Below are positions 22,783 to 30,117 of a stretch of DNA of 64,000 bases, one piece after another (position 1 is the first letter of the stretch; every line of letters starts with the position of its first letter). The DNA is taken from positions 23,509-87,508 of the forward strand of contig JBGPOV010000002.1 of NCBI GenBank assembly GCA_041488255.1. Reading direction: 5' to 3'. The position numbers and the translations under genes are program-made. Origin of the DNA: Gammaproteobacteria bacterium. GTDB lineage: Bacteria; Pseudomonadota; Gammaproteobacteria; Burkholderiales; SHXO01. The notes under the pieces were generated by a model. That model was not told the DNA's origin. It saw nothing but the letters and a program-made list of their open reading frames with translations, and did no database searches.

Positions 22783-23685
22783 ATGAACCGAACTCCCTAC
22801 CGTGGCCGCTTCGCGCCCACCCCATCGGGCCCGCTGCATTTCGGTTCTCTCGTGGCGGCCACTGGCAGCTACCTCGAGGCGAGGTCGCACGGCGGCGAGT
22901 GGCGCCTGCGCATCGATGATCTGGACCCGCCGCGTGTTGCGCCCGGCGCAGTCGCATCGATCCTGCGCTGCCTGGAGGCGCTCGGCTTCGAGTGGGACGG
23001 CCCGGTGCTGTACCAGAGCCGACGGCTGCCGGCCTATCACGCCGCACTGCATCGGCTGCGCCTGCTCGGCGCCGTCTACCCCTGCGCGTGCAGCCGCAAG
23101 GAGATTGCCGAGTCAGCACTGCCCGGTATCGAGGGCCCGATCTATCCAGGCGTCTGCCGCGCCGGCCTCCCACCGGATCGGCCCGCAAGGGCCCTGCGCC
23201 TGAGCGTCCAGGGCATGCGCGTCGAGTTCGACGATCGCCTGCTCGGTCGGCAGCGGCGCGATCTGGAGCGCGAGCCAGGAGACTTCATCCTCTACCGCGC
23301 GGACGGCGTGTATGCCTTCCACTTGGCCTCCGCTGTGGACGACGGTGAGCAAGGCATGACCGACATAGTTCGCGGCGCCGACCTGCTGGAAGCGAGCGCG
23401 CGCCAGCTCCAGTTGATGCGCTTGCTCGCTCTGCCCATACCCCGCTACGTCCATTTGCCGGTAGCCATCGATGGCAGCGGCGACAAGCTCTCCAAGCAGA
23501 CCAAGGCGGCACCGGTAGACCCCGCGCGTCCCCTGGCCGTTCTTCAGGCCGTGTTGCGCTTCCTCAACCAGGCGATGCCGGCCGGCTTCGAGAGCGCGAC
23601 GCTCCCGGAGTTCTGGCGCCAGGCCACCATGCATTGGGACCTCCAGCGCGTGGGCGCGCGCCTGCAGGCACCCGCACCGGGCTAG
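22783..23685 (+). CDS. gluQ: Glutamyl-Q tRNA(Asp) synthetase
   Basis: GRFAPTPSGPLHFGS (HIGH-like), RIDDLD, LSKQ (KMSKS-like). ~300 aa, a truncated GluRS paralog. Confidence 0.92.
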   Translation: MNRTPYRGRFAPTPSGPLHFGSLVAATGSYLEARSHGGEWRLRIDDLDPPRVAPGAVASILRCLEALGFEWDGPVLYQSRRLPAYHAALHRLRLLGAVYPCACSRKEIAESALPGIEGPIYPGVCRAGLPPDRPARALRLSVQGMRVEFDDRLLGRQRRDLEREPGDFILYRADGVYAFHLASAVDDGEQGMTDIVRGADLLEASARQLQLMRLLALPIPRYVHLPVAIDGSGDKLSKQTKAAPVDPARPLAVLQAVLRFLNQAMPAGFESATLPEFWRQATMHWDLQRVGARLQAPAPG

Positions 23686-23691
23686 TGCGTG

Positions 23692-24465
23692 TCAACCGAT
23701 ATCAACGCGTTCACCGTCGCGGAAAACAACCAGCTCGCCGCTTGTGAGCGCAGTCCACGGTTCGTTATCGGTCAGCGGCAAAGTGGCGATCACCGCGACC
23801 CGGTCATCCGGTGTGGTGAGCTCAGTGAAATCGACCTCCACGTCCTCGTCCAGCAGGTGCGCGGTGGTGAAGGGCGCCTGGCGGACCACATAGGACAGAC
23901 GGTCTGCGCAGTGAGCCAGCAGGAGGTCGCCGTTGGATAGCAGATAGTTGAAGGTGCCGTGACGGGACAACTCGCAGGTCAAGCGCCCGAGCAGATCCAT
24001 CAGCGGCGCGACTTCCGGCATGCCAGCGGGGAACGCTTCCCGCATGGTCTCCAGGATGCTGCAGAACGCCAGCTCGCTGTCGGTCGTGCCCACCGGGCGG
24101 TAGTGGCCTCCGAGGGGCGGGGCGAACCTTTCCAGCGTCCCGTTGTGGGCGAAGATCCAGTAGCGCCCCCACAGCTCGCGCATGAAGGGGTGGGTGTTCT
24201 CCAAGCCAACCGGGCCTTTGGTCGCCTTGCGGATGTGCGCAATGACGTTGGTGGAGCGGATCGGATAGTTTCGCACCAGCTCCGCCACAGGCGAGTGGAC
24301 AGCGGGCACGGGGTCGAGAAACAACCGGCAGCCGCTACCCTCGAAGAAGGCAATCCCCCAGCCGTCCGAGTGCTCGTCAGTGGTGCCGCCGCGCCGGCGG
24401 AACCCGGTGAAGGAGAAGCAGATGTCGGTGGGAACGTTGCAGTTCATCCCCAGGAGTTGGCACAT
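23692..24465 (-). CDS. yafJ: Class II glutamine amidotransferase (YafJ-like)
   Basis: Starts MCQLLGMNCN (Met-Cys N-terminus), DGWGIAFF, HIRKAT..NTHPF. Track ORF trimmed to the ATG at 24465. Confidence 0.9.
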   Translation of the reverse strand: MCQLLGMNCNVPTDICFSFTGFRRRGGTTDEHSDGWGIAFFEGSGCRLFLDPVPAVHSPVAELVRNYPIRSTNVIAHIRKATKGPVGLENTHPFMRELWGRYWIFAHNGTLERFAPPLGGHYRPVGTTDSELAFCSILETMREAFPAGMPEVAPLMDLLGRLTCELSRHGTFNYLLSNGDLLLAHCADRLSYVVRQAPFTTAHLLDEDVEVDFTELTTPDDRVAVIATLPLTDNEPWTALTSGELVVFRDGERVDIG

Positions 24466-24584
24466 AGCTACGTAAGATACTGAACTGTCTACTGTAGATG
24501 TTACATATTCTGCTGCGGTACCCGCATAGGTACCCGCTTCCGGCGCTGTCACCACCTAGGAGGCCGGCTCTGGCCACCGGACGA

Positions 24585-24824
24585 TCAGTCCTCGTGCTTA
24601 GCCTCTTTCCGCCAAAGCACGCGGACCACACCCAAGACGATAAGTCCGACGCCCCACATGATGGTTTCCGGCACCGCCACCGGCTCGAAGCCGGCTAAGC
24701 CCCTATGTGCAGGGTTCGCTACCAGCGTCGCGATACCGTCGGACAGCAGCACCGCTCCGCCCACGAAGCAAATGAGATCGCCGATGCGGGACAGAATGCG
24801 ACGGCGCTTGAGAGGGTCCCACAT
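24585..24824 (-). CDS. Small 2-TM membrane protein
   Basis: 79-aa ORF with two hydrophobic helices (LICFVGGAVLLSDGIATLV; IMWGVGLIVLGVVRVLW). Confidence 0.5.
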   Translation of the reverse strand: MWDPLKRRRILSRIGDLICFVGGAVLLSDGIATLVANPAHRGLAGFEPVAVPETIMWGVGLIVLGVVRVLWRKEAKHED

Positions 24825-25082
24825 GGCTTGCGCTCCGAGTGCTGGAACGTCATCAGGCGTTCAGGTTCCGGCTGGCATCGTCTGCGCCCAGACCGCGGGC
24901 GCTGGCTTTAGCTCGCGGGGCCTCGCGTGCTGACGTGCATTCTACCCGCCGGCATGAGCCCCGCTGACCGCGCCTTGCTCGCTACTGTCTGCGCATCTAG
25001 TCAGCTCTATGCATCGCGCGGTCTATCCGGCGCTGTCACCCCGCCGCCGTGTCAACGGCCGAACGGAACTCGGGCCGATCTG

Positions 25083-25156
25083 GCGGCTCGGTCTGACCTT
25101 GCCCTCAAGAGAGAGGAGCCAGCCCGGGGCGTGTGAAGGCGGTAGGGCTGGCTAAA
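25083..25156. repeat. Island repeat, copy 1 (left end)
   Basis: GACCTT...GAGAGGAGCCAGCCCGG(25111-25127)...GTGAAGG CGGTAGGGCTGGC. GCCAGCCC and GGGCTGGC form an 8-bp inverted repeat. Starts ~20 nt after the stop of ORF 25175-25435. Confidence 0.7.
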
Positions 25157-25174
25157 GCACCGCTGGCGCGGCGC

Positions 25175-25435
25175 CTATCTCGGCTGATGCGCCGAAATCT
25201 GGCCCAGCTTCGTAATCAGCCGGCCGACTGCGCGAGACTGGAAGACGCGTTTGGAATGGACGTACTCAAGACCCTGGGGATCGCCGACTGAAACGCCGAG
25301 CACCTGCTCAGCTTCTCGCCGGCCGCCGACCTTTGCGAGATTGAGGACCGACCCGATCAGGAAAAATAGCTCCTGCTGAGAAAGCAACGGCTGCGACTGT
25401 GGGGATTTGGAACTGCTACGCTTGGACTTAACCAT
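25175..25435 (-). CDS. Hypothetical protein (86 aa), island left end
   Basis: Strong SD (AGGAGG, 5 nt before the ATG). Basic/Ser-rich N-terminus. The C-terminal residues weakly resemble the C-terminus of ORF 33390-34295. Confidence 0.55.
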   Translation of the reverse strand: MVKSKRSSSKSPQSQPLLSQQELFFLIGSVLNLAKVGGRREAEQVLGVSVGDPQGLEYVHSKRVFQSRAVGRLITKLGQISAHQPR

Positions 25436-25774
25436 GATTGCCTCCTAGTGGGCGTTGTGGCCAGGGCGGGGCAGAGCTGACACTCTGTCCTCCGCCCGCT
25501 TTTGCCGAGGATCATCCCGCCTCGGCGACGGGTTCACTGTCTCTCGCAACAACGGTACAACCTTGTCGCCCCGTAGTCTAATAACGAATCGTGTTGACCG
25601 TGGTTATCCGCGAGAAGTCGCATCCGATGAACCCGAAGACTTGGCTCAAATGGGCGCGCAAGCTACTGATGCAGAGTCGAAACTTGCGGTGTTAGATGGG
25701 GCCTGACTACACCGGCGGCTACACGCGTTTGCCCGCTAACGCCGGGCGTGCGGCTTGCTTGATGTTGGGGTAAA

Positions 25775-26089
25775 GTGACACCGCCTATGGTGTCAGCCAA
25801 ACCCAGCATATATGATGAGGCTCTCGATCAGCTCAGAACCTCCCCAGCAGGGTTTCGATGCGCAGAGCTAGAAGCCCTTCTGGATAGCCTTGGCTTCAAA
25901 GTTCGACCAGGGAAGAAGGGGGGGCATCGAGTTTTTACACATGACGCTCTGGCGAAGGCGGGCTTTTGGGGATCAAGCTTCAACTGCGGACACCGGTCTA
26001 CTGCCAATGTGCGGCCCGCTTACGTTCTGAATATTGCACGGATCTGTGAGACCTACGAGGACGAGTTACGCCAGTTCCTGGGTGAGTGA
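25775..26089 (+). CDS. hicA: HicA-like toxin (YcfA/HicA family), N-terminally extended
   Basis: ELEALLDSLGFKVRPGKKGGHRVFTH ... NCGHRSTANVRPAYVLNIARI fits the HicA pattern (G-x-x-H, then a second H and helix). It lies directly upstream of, and overlaps, a clear HicB. Confidence 0.6.
   Translation: MTPPMVSAKPSIYDEALDQLRTSPAGFRCAELEALLDSLGFKVRPGKKGGHRVFTHDALAKAGFWGSSFNCGHRSTANVRPAYVLNIARICETYEDELRQFLGE
25776..25795. promoter_or_regulatory. Perfect 7-bp inverted repeat over the hicA start; candidate antitoxin operator
   Basis: TGACACC-GCCTAT-GGTGTCA spans both candidate start codons (GTG 25775, ATG 25787). Confidence 0.45.
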
Positions 26090-26736
26090 CAAGGATGTTT
26101 GATCCACACGCATACGCGATAACGGTCAGGAAGGATGAGGTGGACGGAGAGCAGTTGTTCCGAGCCACGATAGCCGAACTGCCAGACGTAGAGGAGTACG
26201 CGCCTACGTACCAGGAAGCCTACGAGTTCGCAATTGACGCCATCGAGACGCTCCAAGCCATGTACGAGGAAGAAGGGCGGTCTTTCCCCACCCCGAGCGA
26301 GGAAGAGCGGGAATTCAGCGGCAGGGTGACGCTGCGTGTTCCGAAGAGCGTGCACCGTCAGGCCGCAACAATCGCGCAGGCCGAGGGCGTCAGCCTCAAC
26401 CAGTGGCTAGTTTCTACCGTCGCGCTTGCCGTAGGGAATAGGTCGATGCTCGCAGGGGTCTCCACTACTACCGTTGGCCCCGCCTCCACTGTTGGTGCTA
26501 TTGCAGGGAGTAGTGGCGTGATCAACTTTACTGGCGGTGGCGGGTTCAACGTTACTATGAACAGCGCCGCGCTCTACTACTACCATCTCATGTATCCGTT
26601 CATCCCGATCGGCTCATTAGATTTCGGTGGAATGGGCCAGATCTGGGTCAATCCAGCACCAACCGCAGCGGTCCATGGGCAAGAAAAGGGTAAGAAGAAA
26701 CCGGAACTATGGGTGGTGCAGAAGCGCGCTGCGTAA
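26086..26736 (+). CDS. hicB: HicB-family antitoxin (HicB N-domain + RHH) fused to an unrecognised ~100-aa C-terminal domain
   Basis: FRATIAELPDVEEYAPTYQEAYEFAIDAIETL..EEGRSFPTP..FSGRVTLRVPKSVHRQAATIAQAEGVSLNQWLVSTVA is a canonical HicB plus ribbon-helix-helix. The ORF then continues for ~100 further codons (G/S/T-rich, then an aromatic patch YYYHLMYPFIP). Confidence 0.8.
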   Translation: MTRMFDPHAYAITVRKDEVDGEQLFRATIAELPDVEEYAPTYQEAYEFAIDAIETLQAMYEEEGRSFPTPSEEEREFSGRVTLRVPKSVHRQAATIAQAEGVSLNQWLVSTVALAVGNRSMLAGVSTTTVGPASTVGAIAGSSGVINFTGGGGFNVTMNSAALYYYHLMYPFIPIGSLDFGGMGQIWVNPAPTAAVHGQEKGKKKPELWVVQKRAA

Positions 26737-26742
26737 CGGGGA

Positions 26743-27075
26743 ATGCCCATGGCTGAAACCACGGCGATAACGTTTGACTTCAAAGAGGTTGCTGAGCTTC
26801 TCGTCAAGAAGCATGGCATCCACGACGGGCTGTGGACCATCTATGTGGAGTTCGGGATCGGGGCCGCCAACGTCGGTCCGTCGCCTCAAGAGCTGCGGCC
26901 TGCGGCCATTATCCCGGTGGTGAAATTCGGGATTCAGCGTGTCAACGAATCAACGAATCTTACGGTTGATGCCGCCGCTGTGAACCCGGCTCCTGGATTC
27001 AAGGCCAAACTCAAGGCGCCGGCGTCCGCGAAGAGGTCTAAGAGGCAGGCTGGAGAAAGTAAACCGAGCTCATGA
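26743..27075 (+). CDS. Hypothetical protein (110 aa) with basic tail
   Basis: Starts 7-13 nt after the hicB stop on the same strand. No recognisable motif. C-terminus is K/R/S-rich. Confidence 0.5.
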   Translation: MPMAETTAITFDFKEVAELLVKKHGIHDGLWTIYVEFGIGAANVGPSPQELRPAAIIPVVKFGIQRVNESTNLTVDAAAVNPAPGFKAKLKAPASAKRSKRQAGESKPSS

Positions 27076-27416
27076 ATAAGACGATGCTAAAAGCAGCAGC
27101 CGCTCTGCTTCGCCCGGTATCGTCTGATCCGCTGCCCATTCGTTGTGCTCATCTCTCTCCTCTCACAAGGACTCGGGCCGGGTGGGGACTGGCCGGCTAC
27201 GGCTGAGCGGGGCCTGAATCGCGCTCCAGATTCGAGGGGTGGCAGGGGCAAAACTCCAACCGGCAGAAAAAGTGTCAATGCCCTTTTTCGCGATCGCGCA
27301 AAAACAAAAGGAGGGCCTTGCCTGGACGCTGCTGGACGTTGGTCCCATAATGTCTGAGTCCACTACGCCGGTCGTGGTGGTCGATTAACTTCCCGTCATG
27401 CCGTAAAGTTAGATCC

Positions 27417-27992
27417 GTGCGCTCTCCCTGCGTAACCTCGCGTTCCACCTTCGAGCCGATCTCCTGCGCCGGTTCTTCATACACCGATGAACAGCGCAAG
27501 GAAGCGGCGATGCGTTATCTGCTCACAGGCAACGTAACCGAGGTCAGTTTGGCGATGGGTATCCCTCGCACCACCGTGCAGAGCTGGAAGTCACAGGAAT
27601 GGTGGAATGACCTTATCGTCGCGGTTCGTCAAGAACACAACGATGAGCTGGACGCGCGCATGACCCGGATTATGGACAAGACGTTCGCGGAGCTGGAGGA
27701 TCGGATCGAACATGGCGAGGCAACCGGGAAGTTGGGCGCGGATGGAAAGCCGATCAAGCTTCCTGTGAGGGTTCGTGATCTGAGTATCACCGGGGCGATC
27801 CTGTTCGACAAGCGGCAGTTGCTGCGAAGCCTGCCGACCGCCATCAAAGACGGGGCGGGGCTGTCTGCCATTGCGACGGAGCTGGTGCAGGCCTTCCAGT
27901 TGGTGGTACAGCGCGGTGAGAAGACCGTCGAGGGCACAGCTGAGCGGGTAACGGGTGGCGACAAGCCTGCTCCGCAGCTGAGACGGCGCTAG
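27417..27992 (+). CDS. HTH-domain protein resembling a small terminase subunit / IS3-type HTH
   Basis: YTDEQRKEAAMRYLLTGNVTEVSLAMGIPRTTVQSWKSQEWW is an HTH, followed by a helical region ending ILFDKRQLLRSLPT, as seen in TerS-like proteins. Start uncertain (GTG 27417 or ATG 27510). Confidence 0.45.
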   Translation: MRSPCVTSRSTFEPISCAGSSYTDEQRKEAAMRYLLTGNVTEVSLAMGIPRTTVQSWKSQEWWNDLIVAVRQEHNDELDARMTRIMDKTFAELEDRIEHGEATGKLGADGKPIKLPVRVRDLSITGAILFDKRQLLRSLPTAIKDGAGLSAIATELVQAFQLVVQRGEKTVEGTAERVTGGDKPAPQLRRR

Positions 27993-28429
27993 GAAATCGA
28001 GTCGTCGCTCGAGGTCATTGAAGACGCGGGGAGTCCATGAGGCGGCCACGCACCCTCGCGACTACCGCCTTCGCGAGCATGAATGCCTCTAGTTGGGCCC
28101 CGCCGCGCTTCTGCACAGTCTGAAGCAGCGTATCCATGAAGGTGCTGGACTGCTCCGAGCCGACCTTCATCAGCACGACGGCCGCCTGAAGGTGTGGATT
28201 GTCGGCGTTCTGCTCGCCGCCCGCCTTCAGCGCTTTGGTGACTGTCGGTGGTCCTTACATATGCCCCATGTGCAGCGCGTCTGGCCCGAGCCATCGCAAA
28301 GCTAATCGCTTGAAGGCCAGCACTTTGCGGCTCTGCGGCATGGGATATGCGTCCGCCATGGTTCGGCTCGAAAGCAACCTTAATGTCGTCCTCCCTCGGT
28401 ACTTCCTTCGATATGGGACAGGGGCAGCG

Positions 28430-29122
28430 ATGGCGAGTCTCATTCGGTTGATCACAGCGGCGACGTTCATCGCAGCGCTTTCTGTAGCGCGGGTGGAGGC
28501 GACGCCGATTACCTTCACCTTTGAGGGCACAGCCACCGGTCTCCTTGGGAATACACCTTTCACCGCAGCCCCCTTCACCATCACGGCTGACGCTGATACG
28601 ACGAACGTGGTGACGTCAGCTACTGGCGATGGCGCTACGGGAGGGGACTTCAGCCTCGATACAGATTCAGCGACGATCGACATCCCAGGCATTGGGACGC
28701 TAACATTCAGCACGGGGACACGGCTATTCGACGCCAGAGGCGTGACGGTCAACAGTCAGGGACCCTTAGACCTGTTGGGCTTCGCCAGGGCCGGGCTCGA
28801 TGGCATCGTTCTGATGGATTTCGCGGACCCTGTGTTTGCCACATACGACCTCTCGACGGCACTAGCTCCCCTGTTTATCGGCGACGCGATTAGTCTCAAT
28901 TCGATCGGTACGACCATGGGAAACCTCAGCTTCGATCAGGTCGTCGATGTCACGTTTACTGCAACGACCGACATGTGTGGTCATGGTCATCGTAAGAGGG
29001 ATGACTCCTGCGAGTCGTCGGTCCCCGAACCGGCCACGCTCGCTCTTCTCGGCCTCGCCTTCGCAGGGATAGGCTGGGCGAGACGGCGTGGTATTCGCAA
29101 AGCCATTCCAAGGGTCGGGTAG
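28430..29122 (+). CDS. PEP-CTERM sorting-domain secreted protein
   Basis: Signal peptide MASLIRLITAATFIAALSVARVEA. The C-terminus VPEPATLALLGLAFAGIGWARRR shows PEP motif + TM + Arg cluster. Track ORF trimmed to the ATG at 28430. Confidence 0.85.
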   Translation: MASLIRLITAATFIAALSVARVEATPITFTFEGTATGLLGNTPFTAAPFTITADADTTNVVTSATGDGATGGDFSLDTDSATIDIPGIGTLTFSTGTRLFDARGVTVNSQGPLDLLGFARAGLDGIVLMDFADPVFATYDLSTALAPLFIGDAISLNSIGTTMGNLSFDQVVDVTFTATTDMCGHGHRKRDDSCESSVPEPATLALLGLAFAGIGWARRRGIRKAIPRVG

Positions 29123-29188
29123 ATCATCATCGTCTTGCTCCCTTCGTTGATCGGCCTCAAAGGCGGCCGGCTGAGCCCCAGTCTTCGA

Positions 29189-29542
29189 TCATGCGGGTGT
29201 CTCCTCATCCTGCTGCGCTGGCGCTTCGCGCTTGCGCTTGCGCGCCTGGTAGATGCTGAGTACGCTCTGCACCGTAATGCTGATGCCGCGCCTCTCCTGG
29301 CCTTCCTTGCCAGTCCAGCTAGTCAGCTTGCCCATGCCCGCCACAGAGACCGGGTCGCCCTTGTGTAGCTGCATAAGCGCCTTGACCGCTGCCGACTCGA
29401 AGGCAATCAGACTTGTCAGCATCGACTCCTCGCCGTCCAGCGGAACGCGCAGCAATGCCGTGCAGTAGAGCTTGCCGGCAGCGCTCGTGCGCGACTGCGG
29501 ATCCCCGGCGAGGCTGCCTTGGCACAAGACGCTCAGGCTCAT
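29189..29542 (-). CDS. SSB-like OB-fold protein with acidic tail
   Basis: CQGSLAGDPQSRTSAAGKLYCTALLRV...KGDPVSVAGMGKLTSW..GQERRGISITVQSV follows the SSB OB-fold pattern. ATGA overlap with the upstream gene. Track ORF trimmed. Confidence 0.6.
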   Translation of the reverse strand: MSLSVLCQGSLAGDPQSRTSAAGKLYCTALLRVPLDGEESMLTSLIAFESAAVKALMQLHKGDPVSVAGMGKLTSWTGKEGQERRGISITVQSVLSIYQARKRKREAPAQQDEETPA

Positions 29543-30117
29543 GTCTGCGTCTTCCTCTGCTCGCCCAGGCTCAGCCATTGATCGGCAGTCAGGAAGCGTT
29601 CTGGCTCTCGCACTGTGCAGTCCAGGCCAAGCTCGCGGGCCATCGCTCTGAAGCTCGTCAGGGCTCCGGACGGGTCTCTGGCAGCGGCCGTTCGCATCTC
29701 TGCAAGCTCCTCCTGTGAGCAGCCGTAGTGCCCGGCCACAAGCGGGATCAGCCGGGCCAGCTGGTCCAGCTCCGCGGGCGTGAGGTTGCGCTGCCCCGCC
29801 GGATCCGGTGCGTCCGGAAGCGGGACCAGCAGGCACCCGGGGTAGCGGCTCTCGAGGTCGGAGCGGGATATCGGAGGGGTGAACCACTTCTCGATCCGTT
29901 CCGACGGCTGGACGATCAGCCAGTGACCGGCGAGCTCGCCGAGGGTTGGGGTGTGGTCGGCTAGCGCCGCCAGCAGCTCCGGCTTGTGCGCTCGCAGCAT
30001 CGGGAGAAGATGCTCGACAGCTGGGCGTGGTCCCTGCGCCGTCAATTCGCCGTCTTCCAGGACCAGCTTGATACCGGCGGATTTGGCCTGTTCGATGATC
30101 TCCAAGACAGCGCTCAT
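29539..30117 (-). CDS. Hypothetical protein with TubC_N-like N-terminal domain
   Basis: EIIEQAKSAGIKLVLEDGELTAQGPRPAVEHLLPMLRAHKPELLAAL matches the TubC_N-type pattern by eye. ATGA overlap with the P-loop gene stop. Confidence 0.4.
   Translation of the reverse strand: MSAVLEIIEQAKSAGIKLVLEDGELTAQGPRPAVEHLLPMLRAHKPELLAALADHTPTLGELAGHWLIVQPSERIEKWFTPPISRSDLESRYPGCLLVPLPDAPDPAGQRNLTPAELDQLARLIPLVAGHYGCSQEELAEMRTAAARDPSGALTSFRAMARELGLDCTVREPERFLTADQWLSLGEQRKTQT

Noticed and set aside
24825-25175. I searched both island junctions (24825-25175 and 36265-36550) for a tRNA/tmRNA gene or a clean direct-repeat att core.
   Set aside because: There is no cloverleaf-compatible sequence (no T-loop GTTCGAATC-type motif or CCA-proximal acceptor pairing) on either strand. 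The only shared strings (TGGCTTGCG 9-mer; GGCCG(G)AACGG; GCTCGG..GACCTT) are short, non-collinear and within chance expectation. The att site is left undefined.
27393-27404. An exact 12-mer, CCGTCATGCCGT, shared with the iteron cluster (30161-30172).
   Set aside because: I did not count it as independent evidence. With both strands considered, a 64-kb window is expected to contain many chance 12-mer pairs. It is mentioned only as context.
28015-28170. A 51-codon minus-strand ORF (MKVGSEQSSTFMDTLLQTVQKRGGAQLEAFMLAKAVVARVRGRLMDSPRLQ) in the gap between the TerS-like and PEP-CTERM genes.
   Set aside because: It has a protein-like composition but no SD. It is short, has an in-frame TAA shortly upstream, and has no recognisable family. 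It could be a gene fragment, and the support is insufficient to call it.
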